A DNA stretch of 42,855 nucleotides. Source: Spirogloea muscicola (taxonomy: Eukaryota). Location of the stretch: assembly GCA_009602725.1 (NCBI GenBank), contig WELB01000003.1, positions 1,452,116 to 1,494,970 of the forward strand, written 5' to 3'. Of the stretch, positions 10,374 to 23,300 are shown piece after piece. A program made the translations under genes and the position numbers. Below the pieces are notes generated by a model. That model worked only from the letters and a program-made list of their open reading frames with translations, was not told the origin of the DNA and did not search any database. Within the stretch, counting starts at the first letter, position 1; every line of letters starts with the position of its first letter.

Positions 10374-12482
10374 ATGGGCGCCGCGCTGGACGCGGCGTGG
10401 CTGGTGCGTGCGCCACCTCCGTCTTGCCTCTTCCCGCCTGATCACCCCTAAAGTCCCTCACTGACGTGCCTATTGAGCCGCCGCTGCCGTCTCTGACCCT
10501 GTCTCGAGCGGTCGGTCGAGCCTCAACGTTGGCGCTCAGCTCACGCTCCCTCCTGCGACGAGTCGTGCTTACCACGAGCGTCCGCCTCGCGCCGCAGCCT
10601 TTAAGTGCTGCCGCCGCTGTCGACGCGACGGTGGCTGGGCGCCTGATGCGGCCTCTGACGCCGCTGCTTTGCGGCTGCAGGGCCTGACGAGCCGCTTCAC
10701 GGACTTCCAGCTCGCCTCGCTCGGCAGCTTCGTCATCCACGAGTCCGTCTACTTCCTCTGCGGCCTGCCGTACCTCTTCATGGAGATGGCCAACGTCCGC
10801 AGCTATAAGATCCAGGTCCGTCGCCCCACCGCCGCCGCCGCCGCCGCCGCTGCCGCCGCCACTTTCTGCGCTGGCCCATCCCCTCAGAAGAGTGCCATCA
10901 GCTCACGAGACTGCACCGCCGGCCCCTCCGGCTCGGCGCGACCCCTCCTTGCCAGAACCGGGTGAACTCGCGCGAGGCGCAGCGCAAGTGCCTGTGGCGG
11001 CTCATGCTGTACCACTGCTTCGTCAACCTGCCCGTCATGGTGGCCGCGTACCCCGTCTTCCGCTACATGGGCTTCTCCAGCCACCTCCCGCTGCCCTCCT
11101 GGTTCGGCCGCCACGCTGCCCGCCCTTCCCACCTTGTCTTCCTGTGCCCTCCTTCTCCCTCTATGTTGCTCCTCCTTCCTCCTCCCCTCCTTCTCACTGT
11201 CTTCCATCCCTTTCCTGGCAATCGCTGACTCCCCTACCCCCCCATGACTTGCAACTTCGTGTATTCTGGGGAATTGGCCCCAATCATTCACCCTCAACGT
11301 CCCTCCTTCCCTGCCTCTCCTCTGCCCCTTCAGTCTGCGTCGCTGACATGGGCGCGGCCACCGCCCTCCTTCCTGAATTGCAGGAAGACGATTGTGCTTC
11401 AGATTGCCAGCTACTTTGTCATTGAGGACTTCATTTTCTACTGGGGTCACCGTGTCCTGCACACCAAGTTCCTGTACAAGCACATCCACAGCGTCCACCA
11501 CGAGTACGCCGCCTCTTCTCCTTCTGCCGGTCTTCAATCGTGGCAATGACAGAGGCAGCTTGCCCTCCAGTGGCAGTCGTGCATCGCTGACGCAGAGTCC
11601 AAAGCGCGTAATTTATGCTGGACCTCCTGGCTTCCTGCAGGTATGCGACGCCGTTTGGGTTGACGTCCGAGTACGCGCATCCACTGGAGATTCTCTTTCT
11701 GGGCTTTGCGACGATTGCAGGCCCGGCTCTGACAGGCCCGCACCTCCTCACGCTCTGGCTCTGGATGAGCATTCGCGTCGTGGAGACAGTCGAGGCGCAC
11801 TGCGGCTACGACTTCCCGTGGAGCCCCTCGCGCTTCCTTCCTTTATACGGGGGGTCAGTGCTCGTCCTCTAGACCCTCGCAACTATGAGCCTTGGAGGTT
11901 CATAGTCAAGGTCATTGCTTGGTTGGGCGAGGGTCAGACCTCAATTCAGGTCCGAAGCCTTGGAACTCAAGCTTGAGGTCCTCTTGCAGGAGATTAGTTT
12001 TCGGGGTCTCAAGTGAGTGTTGGCCCCCACGATTGTAATCCTGCAGCTGAGCCCGTCCTTGGGACGTGCTGTGTGATTGTCGTCTCCAACCTTCCTGCCA
12101 CTCTTTTCTAAACCCTTCAATCCTGACTCCGGCAGGGCGGATTTCCACGACTACCACCATCGCCTCCTGTACACCAAGTCTGGCAACTATGCTTCAACCT
12201 TCATTTACATGGACTGGTGTGGCCCTAAGTGCCTCTGACCTGCAATTTTAAGCATGCCTGCTCTTCTCATGCAGGCTTGCTTGACTGTTAAATTCGTTAC
12301 CAGCTCAGCATTGACTCAGGCAGGGGCATGCTTGCAGGTTGTTCGGCACAGACAAGGGCTATCGCAGGCTCAAGTCAATGCAGAAAAAGTCGGGCATTAT
12401 TGATGAGACGGCTGCACGACCTGCAGTCGTCAATGGCCACATTGGTCCAACACCGACGGCCTGTGCAGCAAAGGTGGAGTAA
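10374..12482 (+). CDS. SMO2: Sterol 4-alpha-methyl oxidase, SMO2 type. Exons 10374-10403, 10681-10815, 10956-11101, 11384-11503, 11641-11853, 12136-12216, 12338-12482
   Basis: All six introns are GT-AG with compatible phases. The N-terminus reads FTDFQLASLGSFVIHESVYFLCGLPY. His boxes HRVLH, HSVHH and HDYHH are present, along with YATPFGLTSEYAHPLE and VEAHCGYDFPWS. Confidence 0.96.
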
Positions 12483-12840
12483 GAGTCGCAAAGCGTCTCT
12501 CTTCTCTGTACCCCTTGTGCCAGTTGGCCGAGTAAATGCGACGTCTTACATTTTTTGATTCGATCTGAAGTGGCATTAGTGAGCGTTGGGCCTGTTTCTT
12601 GAGAAATTTGAGGTGCCATCATTGATAAGGTTGCTGCACGAGTTGGATTCGTCAATGGCCATGTTGGTCCAACACCGACAGCTTGTGCAGCAAAATTGGA
12701 GTAAGAGCCGCAAAGCATCTCTCTCTCCATTGTAAAACCCTGATGCTAGCAGGCTAAGGGCTAAGGGAATATAGCATTTTTCTGTTATGGTCTGAAGTGG
12801 CAGGTTGTGAGCATTGAGCCTGTTTCTTGACAGAATCTGG
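12395..12840 (+). repeat. Diverged tandem duplication (offset 222 bp at its start) of the SMO2 coding end and proximal 3' UTR
   Basis: TCGTCAATGGCCA..TTGGTCCAACACCGAC.GC.TGTGCAGCAAA..TGGAGTAAGAG and TCTGAAGTGGCA...GCCTGTTTCTTGA each occur twice. Confidence 0.9.
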
Positions 12841-13312
12841 ATGGCAAATCAGGATCATGTCATTAAGCTGCAAAAAGTGACAACCAGTAGCCACCTGCGT
12901 GTATACCAACTTTTAGGCATTGGTGGCTAGGTGGCTTTGAGCGATGAATGCATTTGGTCTGTTTTGGTATTTTGCATGTTGGTTCGCAGCATTGAGACGC
13001 CAGCAGAGCTGTTGCCATTGGCAAACGTGCAGATCAAAAGTTGCAAATCGTGTAGTAGCAGGCAGGCCTGACATCTTGCCTATGGATGGAGGGTATATTT
13101 AGGCTCAGCAAGAGCCCAAGGCCTTTTTGAACGACAAGAGATTTTGCATGTCATGTACAGCTGGGATAGCTTCTAAACCACAAAGAACTCAACACAAAAC
13201 AGATTGTAGTCAAGAAAGTCTCTTGTTACTCAGGTATGACCCTTGGATCGGGACACAACCTTTCAGAAGAACATGGGAAATTTGCATCGGTCCTCAGCGC
13301 TTTAACTCCCTA

Positions 13313-16300
13313 TCACAGCTGTGAGGAGATTTGAGAATCGCCAGCAGGCGTGATGCTTACACCACGTGATGCGGGTGTTGAGGAGGCCGCTACCGCAGGG
13401 GCGCCCCAAGGAGGCAGCGAGCTTGGCGTTTTCTGCACGGTGCTGGGCATCGAAGCAGATGAAAGAATCTGGGAGGGTGTGGCCGGCTGCGGCTGCTGGC
13501 CAGGGATCAATGTGCTGGCAAGGCGCACACGCTCAGCAATCAGGTGCTGCCGCGTGCGCTCCACCTGGTCCCGCTCCTTGAGCAGCAGGTCTTCCAGGTC
13601 CTCAAAGTGGCGGAGCTTAATCTCCAGCTTCTTCACCTGCCAACGAGCATGCAGTGCAAGATCAGGGATGAAGCTTACAGTTCACGTGAAAGTCACAACA
13701 AGGGAATCAGAGCAACTATCTAAGCGCTTACATTCTTTGAATTGGCAGTACAGTATTGGCTTGAGGTTGCATTGTAGACTAAAACCCCTGAGAGCAGGCC
13801 AACGAGTAAGACAGCGACCTCAGCTGACCTGCTGCTCCATAACCTCCGCAACCAAGCGCTGGATCTCGCCCTCCTCGGCATCAGCAAGCAGCTTTGCCTT
13901 GACGGCAGCGGCGGCCAGTCCTGTGGCCGCAGCAACCCGCAGCCGGAGTGCAGAGGTCGGTCCATCCGTTTCCCCAGCTGCATAGAAGAGGCAAACATGT
14001 GATGTAAGAGCTTGGCACTCAGATGCTCTTGGAGGACAACCTCAGCTTTGCAAGTAAGCAAGAAAGACAGGGAACACAAAATTCCCTTGACAAGTGCAGC
14101 TTAGCATGCTTGCTCTTGCCTGACTTGGCAAGCTGGGAGAGACTGGGATGCCAACCTGTTGAAAGGCCATCTTTGGAAGCCGAAGCTGTGGTAGGAGCCC
14201 CTGCCTGCTGCTCTGCAGTCTCTGATGCTGTGGTCGGAGCGCCAACCACATCCGGGCCTTTCTCTGCCTGGGCAGCTGCCCCAGCTCCAGGTGCACTCTG
14301 CCCCTCATGAATGCGCACCTCGTTCTCTGGGTACTCCTCTGTCAGGGCTTCGAGGGCTGCCTGTGCTGCTGCGGCTGCCACACGTGGTCCAACCATGGCC
14401 GCCAGGAAGGCAACCTGCACGTAGAAGTACTGTTCAATATTCACACAGTACTCAACGACTATCATTTGCAAAAAGGTTGCACTAGTATGCTGGGCAAAGT
14501 AGGCACAAATGCAAAGCACAAGGCCGACCTGTGCCATGATGGGGTTGCCGGCATCAGCAAAAGGGGTGAGCTCGGACGTTATAGATGAGACATCGGCTAC
14601 CAATGTCTCGCCTTTGTCCCGCTTGTCTTCCCTACAATCTGATGAGATGTCAGGGGGCTGTGTCGCACTAGAAATTGGCTGTGGAGCACCGGAGTTAGTC
14701 GTCTCCAGCTCCTGCAGTTGAACGGGATGGAAATCCATAAGAGGGCAGCTCATTGCCGAGGACTTGGCACCAGTCAAGCAATGTGTCAATGTTGCACCAC
14801 AAGAACCACACAAGCTCATGCTTATATTCAAGTTCTTCTTGAAGAATGTGCGATGCTTGGCAGGATGCCTGTACTAAAAGCTTGCAGATCAGAAACGCCA
14901 GAATAGTAGTAGTAGAAGTGGCACATTTCTCTGTACGTCTGCAAGGACAACTTGCAATCAAGGAGCAGGGAGGGACTTACTTCCAAAAACGGGTCTTCAA
15001 TGGGAAGCCTGATGAAGTGCAAGATGCACTGCGCTTTTGTCTTTGTCACCACGTGCTCGGCGACCTCCGTCCAGCTGTCACCATAGAGCTCCAGCCCCTC
15101 GAGGAGGAGCAATGTTTCCTGTTCACTCCAGTCTTCTATCATGCCCCCACCGCCGCTGTCTTCTGGCGCAGGCCCTTTGTGAGTGAAGTCCGTTGTGGCC
15201 AGGCCAGGCCCGAGGCGACCATCGGCATAGCAGCCCGGGCAAAGGTCAACATTGGGCTGCAGGACAACAGAATCAGCTGTGTCAATATCCAAGAACGTCT
15301 AGATGGCCACCTGTGGAGCCCTTTCAGCTCCTTGAGAGGCTGCCAGCGGAAAGTTGCCAAATTCACCTGGATCCGGCAGTGGTAACGACTGGAAGTGCAC
15401 TCTGCGCCGCATGCATCGCAGAAGTAGTCTGCAACGCGGCCACGGACAGCTTGTGCAGCCTGCTGGACCGCAGCCTCCGCGCTGGCAGGTGCATAGGCGC
15501 TCCGGTGGGCTGCGAGGGTCTGCTCGTGTGCTCCCGTGTGGGGCTGCCTCGGGTCCGCAAAGTGGTACAAGGCTGGGCCTGTACCAACAATGGTTGGCAC
15601 GACTGCACGCACGCCAGCTGGGCCCGTCTCCACCAGCGCTGCTGGCTCACCAGCCCACGGTAGCCCTCGCTGGCGTGACTCACCCGAAGCCTGTAAGACA
15701 TAAGACAAACTTCTGAGAAGCTCACTCTGCCGGGCAATGGCAAGCTCTACAGCTGTGCAACTTGGATTACTCTAGGCATGACAACATACTTGCACCATTT
15801 AACTAGGACATTGAGTCGTCTCCTTGCACATTGAGGACTTGAGAACTCTGATGACTGTGATGACTCTGATGACTCTGGAGTAGATACAGTGCTGCTAATA
15901 ATTGATCAGTGACACTGACATGCAAAGGCATCAACTTCGAGAGCGTGTATGCAATCTACAAGGTTGACTTGCAGATATCTTGCACATCATGGGTGCAAAA
16001 GTGCGGCCAGGTGTAAAGACAGTGCAAAGTAGGTGCTCAGGTTTGTGTTAATATAGCTTGCCCTTGGAGCAAACAGATCTTTCCAGATGTTACAAACATC
16101 ACTGCATGTAATGAGGACACCTACAAGACATGAGTACCAAATCAATTCACATGCTGAGCAGGCGCAGTTAAGAACTGCTGGATACCTGGTAATTGATCAA
16201 GCCCCAGTGGTTGAGGAAGTCAAACACCCTTCCCAGCATGCCCACATCGCCGACCAGCATCCTCCGGACCTCTGTAAACGTCAGCTGGCGCAGGGGGTCC

Positions 16301-19300
16301 TCTCGATACTTCTTGATGATGAAGTTGCGGTACTCCATGTACAGCTCCGGGGTCTTGGACTGCGATCGACGCTCAAAGAACTCTGGCAGGTGTCGGCGCT
16401 CCAACGGGTGTATCCGCGTCCATGAGAACCAACCTGGGGTCATGAAACACAGCAGGTCATAACTGTGTCTGCGTGCCATAAGGACCTGACATCTATCATT
16501 GACCTTACAGCCTAACCTTCTGTGTCGGCAACTCAGAGAAGCAAAGCCCTGAGAGCAGAGTGGACGGCTGTCGCTCGTACCAGCATGGCTTGGCACCCTG
16601 TGGACCTCCGGAGCCGTCGGCTTGGACGGTGTCCCACCCTCCTGTTGTGGCATGGGATGCGGCATCGGGCTTGGCACTGGGGGCTTGGGGGCGCCATGCT
16701 GGCCTGTGTACGTTGAGATGTTCTCGACCCTTGGCAGCTGGCCGCCGCTACCACCGACGTCGCCATTGCCACCGCCACTGCCGCTGTTGCCTGCACTGCC
16801 ATCGACCGCCAGTCGGGCATCCATGGCTGCCAGCACCGAAGCATGCGGCTGCCCAATCTGCTGCCTCGACACGCGGGGCACGTCGTTGACCTGTTCTGCC
16901 TTGCCTGGTAGCACCTCCACGGGCTTGCCATCAGGTCCAAGCGGCACCGGCGGCTCCTTGGGAGCTGGCGCACCTCCTAGAGGCAGCTGCTTTTTCCGCT
17001 TGCCTGACTGAGGCGACGCCAGGCCGTTCTGTTCTGCTGCCGCAGCCGCTGCTACTTCTGCACCTACATCTGCCTGCTTCGCTACAGTGTAGTCGTCCCC
17101 GCGCTTGGTCAGCCGGAGTTTCAGAGCTGCACATCACAAATAGCTAGCCATGAGCATGATACACAGGCCACTGTCTCAACTTCAAGGCTGCCTGCACTGT
17201 GGCGGATGCGCCAAGCTCTACTTTCCATCGAGGCATACGGCATCACCTTGCCTGTCCCGTGAAGCTCAACCTTGCATCATCTAGACTGCAGCAGCTCGTC
17301 TGCAGCATATGACTAACTTGACCTTCATACTTGAGGCAACTGCTGTAGCCTGCCCTTCAGTAAATCCAAATTATTACCACTAATATTCTCAACCCTCAGC
17401 CCTAGACGCACATGCATGCTCGCCTGCTAACAGCACCTGGCGGCTGGTCGTCGCCCTCTGCAACGCCCTCATCTTCTGCACACCGCTTTCTGCGCTTTCC
17501 CTGCTCAACATCAGCCCCGGCTCCAGCGCTCCCACCATCGTCGCGGTCAGCGGGGCCGCCGCCATCGAGCTCCCCCTCCTGCCCGCGCTTGCCCTTCCTC
17601 CCACCTGCCTCCTCTCCAGCGGTCTCCGTGGTCATCGGCAGGACCGCCTCATCCGCCTCATCCTGTGACTGCTTCCGCCGGCTTCGGCTTCGCGAGTTCC
17701 TCGCTGCGCCGCTGGCTCCCTTCTTTGTCACCTCCTTCTCCTCGAGCACGTAGTCCAGCTCATTCATCCTGATAGCAATACAAGAACAATAATATACCAC
17801 TTTTAGGAAAACAATTTCATGACAACCTTCGCACTCTTGTGTTACTGAAAGGGCGCCCCTAGAAATGTTCTCAGTGCCCGATTCAAGGGTGGATGGGCCT
17901 ACCACTCATTGTAGAGGCAGCTGTCCCTGAGCCATCGAAGGTGAAGGTGCCAGGGCCCCTTGTGCAGCGTCTCCTCCTCTGCCTCGCCCTCAACATCGCC
18001 TGCCACCAACATAGAGAAGTGGGTAGTCAGCTGAGGGCTACTGTGCCAGAGGGCTTGAGCAAGATACTCCTTAACTGTGTCAATGCCTGACCGCGACCCT
18101 ACTTCCAATGATCAAAACTTTGTGAAGCTGACTCATCACCTGCAGACTACATGTCCTGTATAATTAAGGTATACGAAGCGCAGATGCGGACCTCACCAAG
18201 AGGCAGCCACTCATCATAGCTGTCAGGGTAATACCACCAGTGGACCCTGGCAAAGTTCCCCTGCACCTCCAGCGTACGTATCCACTCTGAGTCTGGATTT
18301 GCGTCGGGCTCCGCCGGTGGATCCGGGTACAGGATGTGCGACACGCCCCTCTCAGCTGGCGAGCAGCAATAAACATGGGCAACTCAGCAACTCTTGACAG
18401 CAGGTATCATTACCAGTCCAAGTTAATAACCTAAAGAGACAATAACAGTATGTCCAAGTCTAACATGCACAACTGCACATGGAGAGATTTCGTCGACTCA
18501 CACTCGGATGCTGCGACCTCAGCGCCAGCTTGCTTCAGGACAAAGTCCTTGCAACACATAAGAGGTATCAGGCTTTAGGGAGTTAACAGGTGCCTATATG
18601 TAAGGTGGACCTTTGCATCTGGTGACAGAAGCCCGTGCGATTGAGCATAAACAGCAGCCTCTGACATATCAGCTGAAGAGCATCAGTCAAGGCTAATGAT
18701 CTCGCAAGTCCAATAGGATGACCCGCCCATTGCAGGCACTCTCCTTGACATCAGGATACCTACTGTCCCTCACCTTGAGATGCTCCAAGTCTTCACCAAC
18801 TGCCCCGGGTGTGAAGTAAATCTTGGGAGGCTTCAAGAAACCCTTGGCCTGCGAGCCACTCGCACAATCCGTGCTAAGAAGCAATTGCTGCACTTTCCGA
18901 GCTACTGATCTGAGTGAGGAGGCCATGCTCTTTTGGTTGCGGCCACAGTCGCTGCGCACCTCGAGCTCCTTGTGTATGCGCTGGAGGAGGATGATGAGGG
19001 AGTCGCGGCGAGCAGGGGACTGGAAGTCGATGCGCCGCACATCCTGCTCCGCCTTGAACTCGATGCACTTGCTGAGGATGATCGCGAGCGCGCCATTGGG
19101 CCGGAAGTCGTGGAAGAGCTTGAGGGGGATGCGAAGGAATGGAGGCTTGTGCTGCGCCTGTTAGATGGGCATTCAGTGTCAACAATGAGGGGCTAACAAT
19201 GTATCTACCATAGCGAGAGCTCGGCAAAGTCCTGCTGCAGCCTGCCTCAGGCGGCAAGGCTGCCACCAAGCACGTGGGGCTTGCCGGCCCTGGCAAACCC

Positions 19301-19651
19301 GCAAGCCAGAAGCAGCCATGCTACTCCATCGCGACCAACGCCGTTCTGGCCTCGAAGCTAGACTGACGGAGCCAGGACCAGAGGTAGCCGCACCAACCGA
19401 CGTGCGGCGCATTTTCAGACGTTCTTGAACTCCGCTTCATCTCAATCGGCCGAGCGAGCAGGAGATGAGCAGGAGGACGGCACCTCCTTGCCAGCCACGA
19501 GCTCGGAGAAGTCGATGAGCTGGACCGTGAGCTTGGCAGCGCTCTGCCGGTCGACCTGGGAGTCGGGGAAGCGCTTGTGGAGGGCCTCTGCCAGCGCGTC
19601 GAGCTTGCGCAGGTTCTCGCCCTGCCCCCGCCGCCGCAGCTCGAGAGCCAT
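13313..19651 (-). CDS. SWI3: SWI/SNF core subunit SWI3/SMARCC: N-terminal SMARCC module, SWIRM, ZZ-like finger, SANT, leucine zipper
   Basis: SWIRM: VPSHAGWFSWTRIHPLERRHLPEFF...KTPELYMEYRNFII. Zinc finger: CDACGAECTSSRYHC..DLCPGCY. SANT: WSEQETLLLLEGLELYGDSWTEVAEHV..QCILHFIRLPIED. Also PFADAGNPIMAQVAFL, AAAAVKAKLLADAEEGEIQRL and KKLEIKLRHFEDLE. The ATG at 19651 is probable, but the gap lies just upstream. Confidence 0.95.
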
Positions 19652-19808
19652 GGCGTCAGGCGCGGGAGCGCGCACAGCAGGCCCGAGCGTTCTTCTCTCG
19701 GAGGCGCTCGTCGGCGGCGCACAGGCGGCCGCGCGCGGCAGCCGGCCCAGCGCTGCGGCGGCGCTCGCACCTCGAAGTCCCGGGCCTTCGCCGCGCCCGA
19801 GGATTAGC

Positions 19809-20216
19809 NNNNNNNNNNNNNNNNNNNNNNNNNNNNNNNNNNNNNNNNNNNNNNNNNNNNNNNNNNNNNNNNNNNNNNNNNNNNNNNNNNNNNNNNNNNN
19901 NNNNNNNNNNNNNNNNNNNNNNNNNNNNNNNNNNNNNNNNNNNNNNNNNNNNNNNNNNNNNNNNNNNNNNNNNNNNNNNNNNNNNNNNNNNNNNNNNNNN
20001 NNNNNNNNNNNNNNNNNNNNNNNNNNNNNNNNNNNNNNNNNNNNNNNNNNNNNNNNNNNNNNNNNNNNNNNNNNNNNNNNNNNNNNNNNNNNNNNNNNNN
20101 NNNNNNNNNNNNNNNNNNNNNNNNNNNNNNNNNNNNNNNNNNNNNNNNNNNNNNNNNNNNNNNNNNNNNNNNNNNNNNNNNNNNNNNNNNNNNNNNNNNN
20201 NNNNNNNNNNNNNNNN
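19809..20216. other. Assembly gap (N run) in the divergent SWI3/kinesin promoter region
   Basis: Continuous run of N. Confidence 1.
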
Positions 20217-20367
20217 CGCCAGCGCCCCGGCGAGCCGCCCCGGAGACGCGGCCGTCGTCCGCCGCTGGCCAACGGCGGCGGCGAGCAGGCAGACGGCGCC
20301 GCGCTTGCGGTCGCCGTTTCACGGCAACTCCCGGGGGATTGGCAAGGCGGCCGACGAGGCGCCGGCC

Positions 20368-23300
20368 ATGGAGAAGATCTCCGTCTCCATCCGCGTCCGG
20401 CCGCTCAGCCGGCCGGAGCTGGCCAAGGGCAGCCCCTGGCGCGCCGAGGCCAACACCGTCGCCCTCTGCACTTCCGCCGGCGCGGTCGTCTCAGGCCACT
20501 CCTTCTCCTTCGGTACGAGGCTGTGCTTCTACAGGAGGCCCCTGCCGCTCCTCTTCTCCTTCTCAGCCATTGGGGCCCTCGTCCTGTTCATCGCTTCCGC
20601 TTCTAGCTTATAGACAGACTAATCCTAATGTTCTGCGTGACTCGCCCTACAGACAGCGTGTTCGAGCACGATGTCAAGACTCTTGACATCTACAAGAAGG
20701 ACACCAAGGACATCATAACATCGACTGTCTATGGCTTCAATGGTCCGTATGCGCGCCACTCGCCACGGGCTCCGGACCAGCTGCACTTCGTCTCATCTGT
20801 CGTAGCTATCAAGAGGCTGCTTCCTACAGCCTAGTCACGCAGACAGCCAGAAGCCAGCTGAGCCCCAGTTGCCTAGCATCTCTCAATGGCTGCCAAGGCT
20901 CCTTCAGCCTTGTCACATGAGGGCTGCTGTATATTGCCAGGTACTGTCTTTGCTTATGGCCAGACGAGCAGTGGGAAGACTTACACAATGCGTGGCACGC
21001 CTGAGGAGCCGGGCATCATTCCGCTGGCTGTGCACGACGTCTTCAGCCACATTCAAGAGGTGTGGCGAAAGGCGCCGGAGGGCAGCTCCTGTAGCTATGG
21101 ACTTTGACCAACAAAGCACGAGAATGCTGTCAGCCTGTGCATGCTTGTTCAGTACCTGGTCACAATGTTGGAGCAGCTCAGCCCGCCGTGCTCACTTGCG
21201 GCCGTCCAAGTTGAGCTACGCATGCTAGGCCACTGATGGCTGCTTCTCCCTGCTGCAAGGCTGCAGGCCACAACGCGCGAATTTCTGCTCCGCGTCTCAT
21301 ACATGGAGATCTACAATGAGGAGATCAATGACCTGTTGGCTCCCGAAAATCGCAAGCTACAAATTCACGAAAGCCTTGAGGTAGCCTTCATAGCCCCTAC
21401 TGGCCCAGCAGCTCGTGCAGCAGGATTTACTTGCTGTGGGTATCTGACATAGCATGGAGCTGACCCCAAAGGGGTGCTGCAGAGGGGTACTTTTGTAGCT
21501 GGCCTCCGTGAGGAGATTGTTGTGACGCCGGAGCAGGTCTTGGAGATACTGGAATCGGGGGAAGGTATGCTGGCCTAGTATCTCTGGCATGTCTTAGACC
21601 TCCCAGAATTGCTGGGGCCCATCCCTGCAACGTCATAAGGTTTCTGATTCCCAGTATCAGACTGCAAGTCCTGCTTTTCTCAGGTGGTCTAGTGACAACC
21701 CGATACAAAGCCTATCAGGACTCAGGCATACTTTGGAACAGATGGCTTCACGGCGGGCCACTCTTATTTGCTTGTGATTCTTGACCATTCTTGATTGTGT
21801 TGTCCAGCGCACAGGCATATTGGTGAGACCAACATGAATGTCTACAGCAGTCGTTCACACAGCATTTTCAGGATGGTAGTATTCCAGACCCAAACTTGAT
21901 GCTTCTTACCCCTACCTAGCGTTGTGATCCAATCCACTATTGAATGCCGTTGGAGGTAGGAATAGCCAGAGCAGAAGACTAGACGCTTCATTAGAAAGTT
22001 GTGAGGGTGTCTCAGTGCCAACTTGTTTGTGGGCTATAGGGAAGTGTGACTTGCTTGTGGCCTACAGGCAAGTGACTTGCTTGTGGGCTATAGGCAAGTG
22101 TGCTTGGGCTTGCTTCAGGTCATTGAAAGCAGGGACAAAAGCATGGATGATGTTGACAACACGCAGAAGGACAGGAGAGTTGACGCCGTGAGGGTCTCAA
22201 CGTTGGTAAGACATGCTGGTTGACTGTACATATTGCTGCACGCAGTGGTGCTCTCCCTTTCCTTCTGATGCTGCAGAATCTGGCTCACAATGTCATAGGC
22301 CATTGCTAACCTGGCCATCTTGCATGCAGAATCTGGTTGATCTTGCTGGATCCGAGCGAATTGCCAAGACGGGCGCTGAAGGTGCCCGTCTGAAAGAAGG
22401 CACTCACATCAACAAGAGCCTCATGACCTTAGGCACAGTCATAAACAAGCTGTCTGAAGGCACCGAGCGTAACGGGTGAGCTTTATCACTATAAGTCCTG
22501 ATGATGATTATCTGCAGGGTGGGTGACAAGAATTTCACAACCGGCCCTCTGAACTCATAGTAATACCCAGAAAACGTTTTGTTCACTTCACTCATGGCTT
22601 GTTGATCAGAACTAGAATTCTGATGTCTCGTCGCTGCCTTGCTGCTAGTTCACCGCTATTTCCTTGAATATGGCAGGGGCCATGTGCCATACAGGGATAG
22701 TAAATTGACCCGTATACTGCAATCTGCCTTGGGGGGCAATGCAAAGACGGCCATCATCTGCAACATAACACCTGCTGCAGTAAGGGACTGCTTCCTTGTA
22801 GCAGCCGATTCTACTGGTCTTTGCATTGCCAGCACAGAATGCTGGCAGGCAAGCAGTCTGAAGAGCGGAGCATTGGCAACATGATGGTTGCTCATGCCAG
22901 CGTGTAAGTGTGTGCCCGAAACAGATCCACGTGGATGAGACCCGGGGTACACTGTTATTTGCAAGCAGAGCCAAGACGATCACCAACTGCGCACAAGTCA
23001 ATGAGGTACACCCACTGCATGAGGAGTGCTTGACTCTGCTTGTACCACAGAAGTGAAAGCAGCCTGAGCTTGCCAAGTGTGCGATCAAGAGAAAGCATAT
23101 TTCATGCTCAAAATTGTTTGGCAAGGGCTAAGAGGCATGAAGGATGAGTTTGCAGGTGCTCACAGACGCAGCCTTGCTGAAGAGGCAGAAGCGCGAGATT
23201 GAGGAGTTGAGGCTGAAGTTGCAGGTACAAGAACAGACCATGCCAATGGTTTCGCAAAACCTTCTGTTAGAGAATGGGAGGAGAAGCTTACGGAAGCGTG

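Noticed and set aside
15845..15880. 9 bp tandem repeat (ACTCTGATG-like) in a SWI3 intron, and a 13 bp duplication at ~27669-27694
   Set aside because: Simple slippage repeats with no further structure.
19425..20606. 393, 276 and 172 aa ORFs spanning the gap
   Set aside because: Artefacts of translating through the N run.
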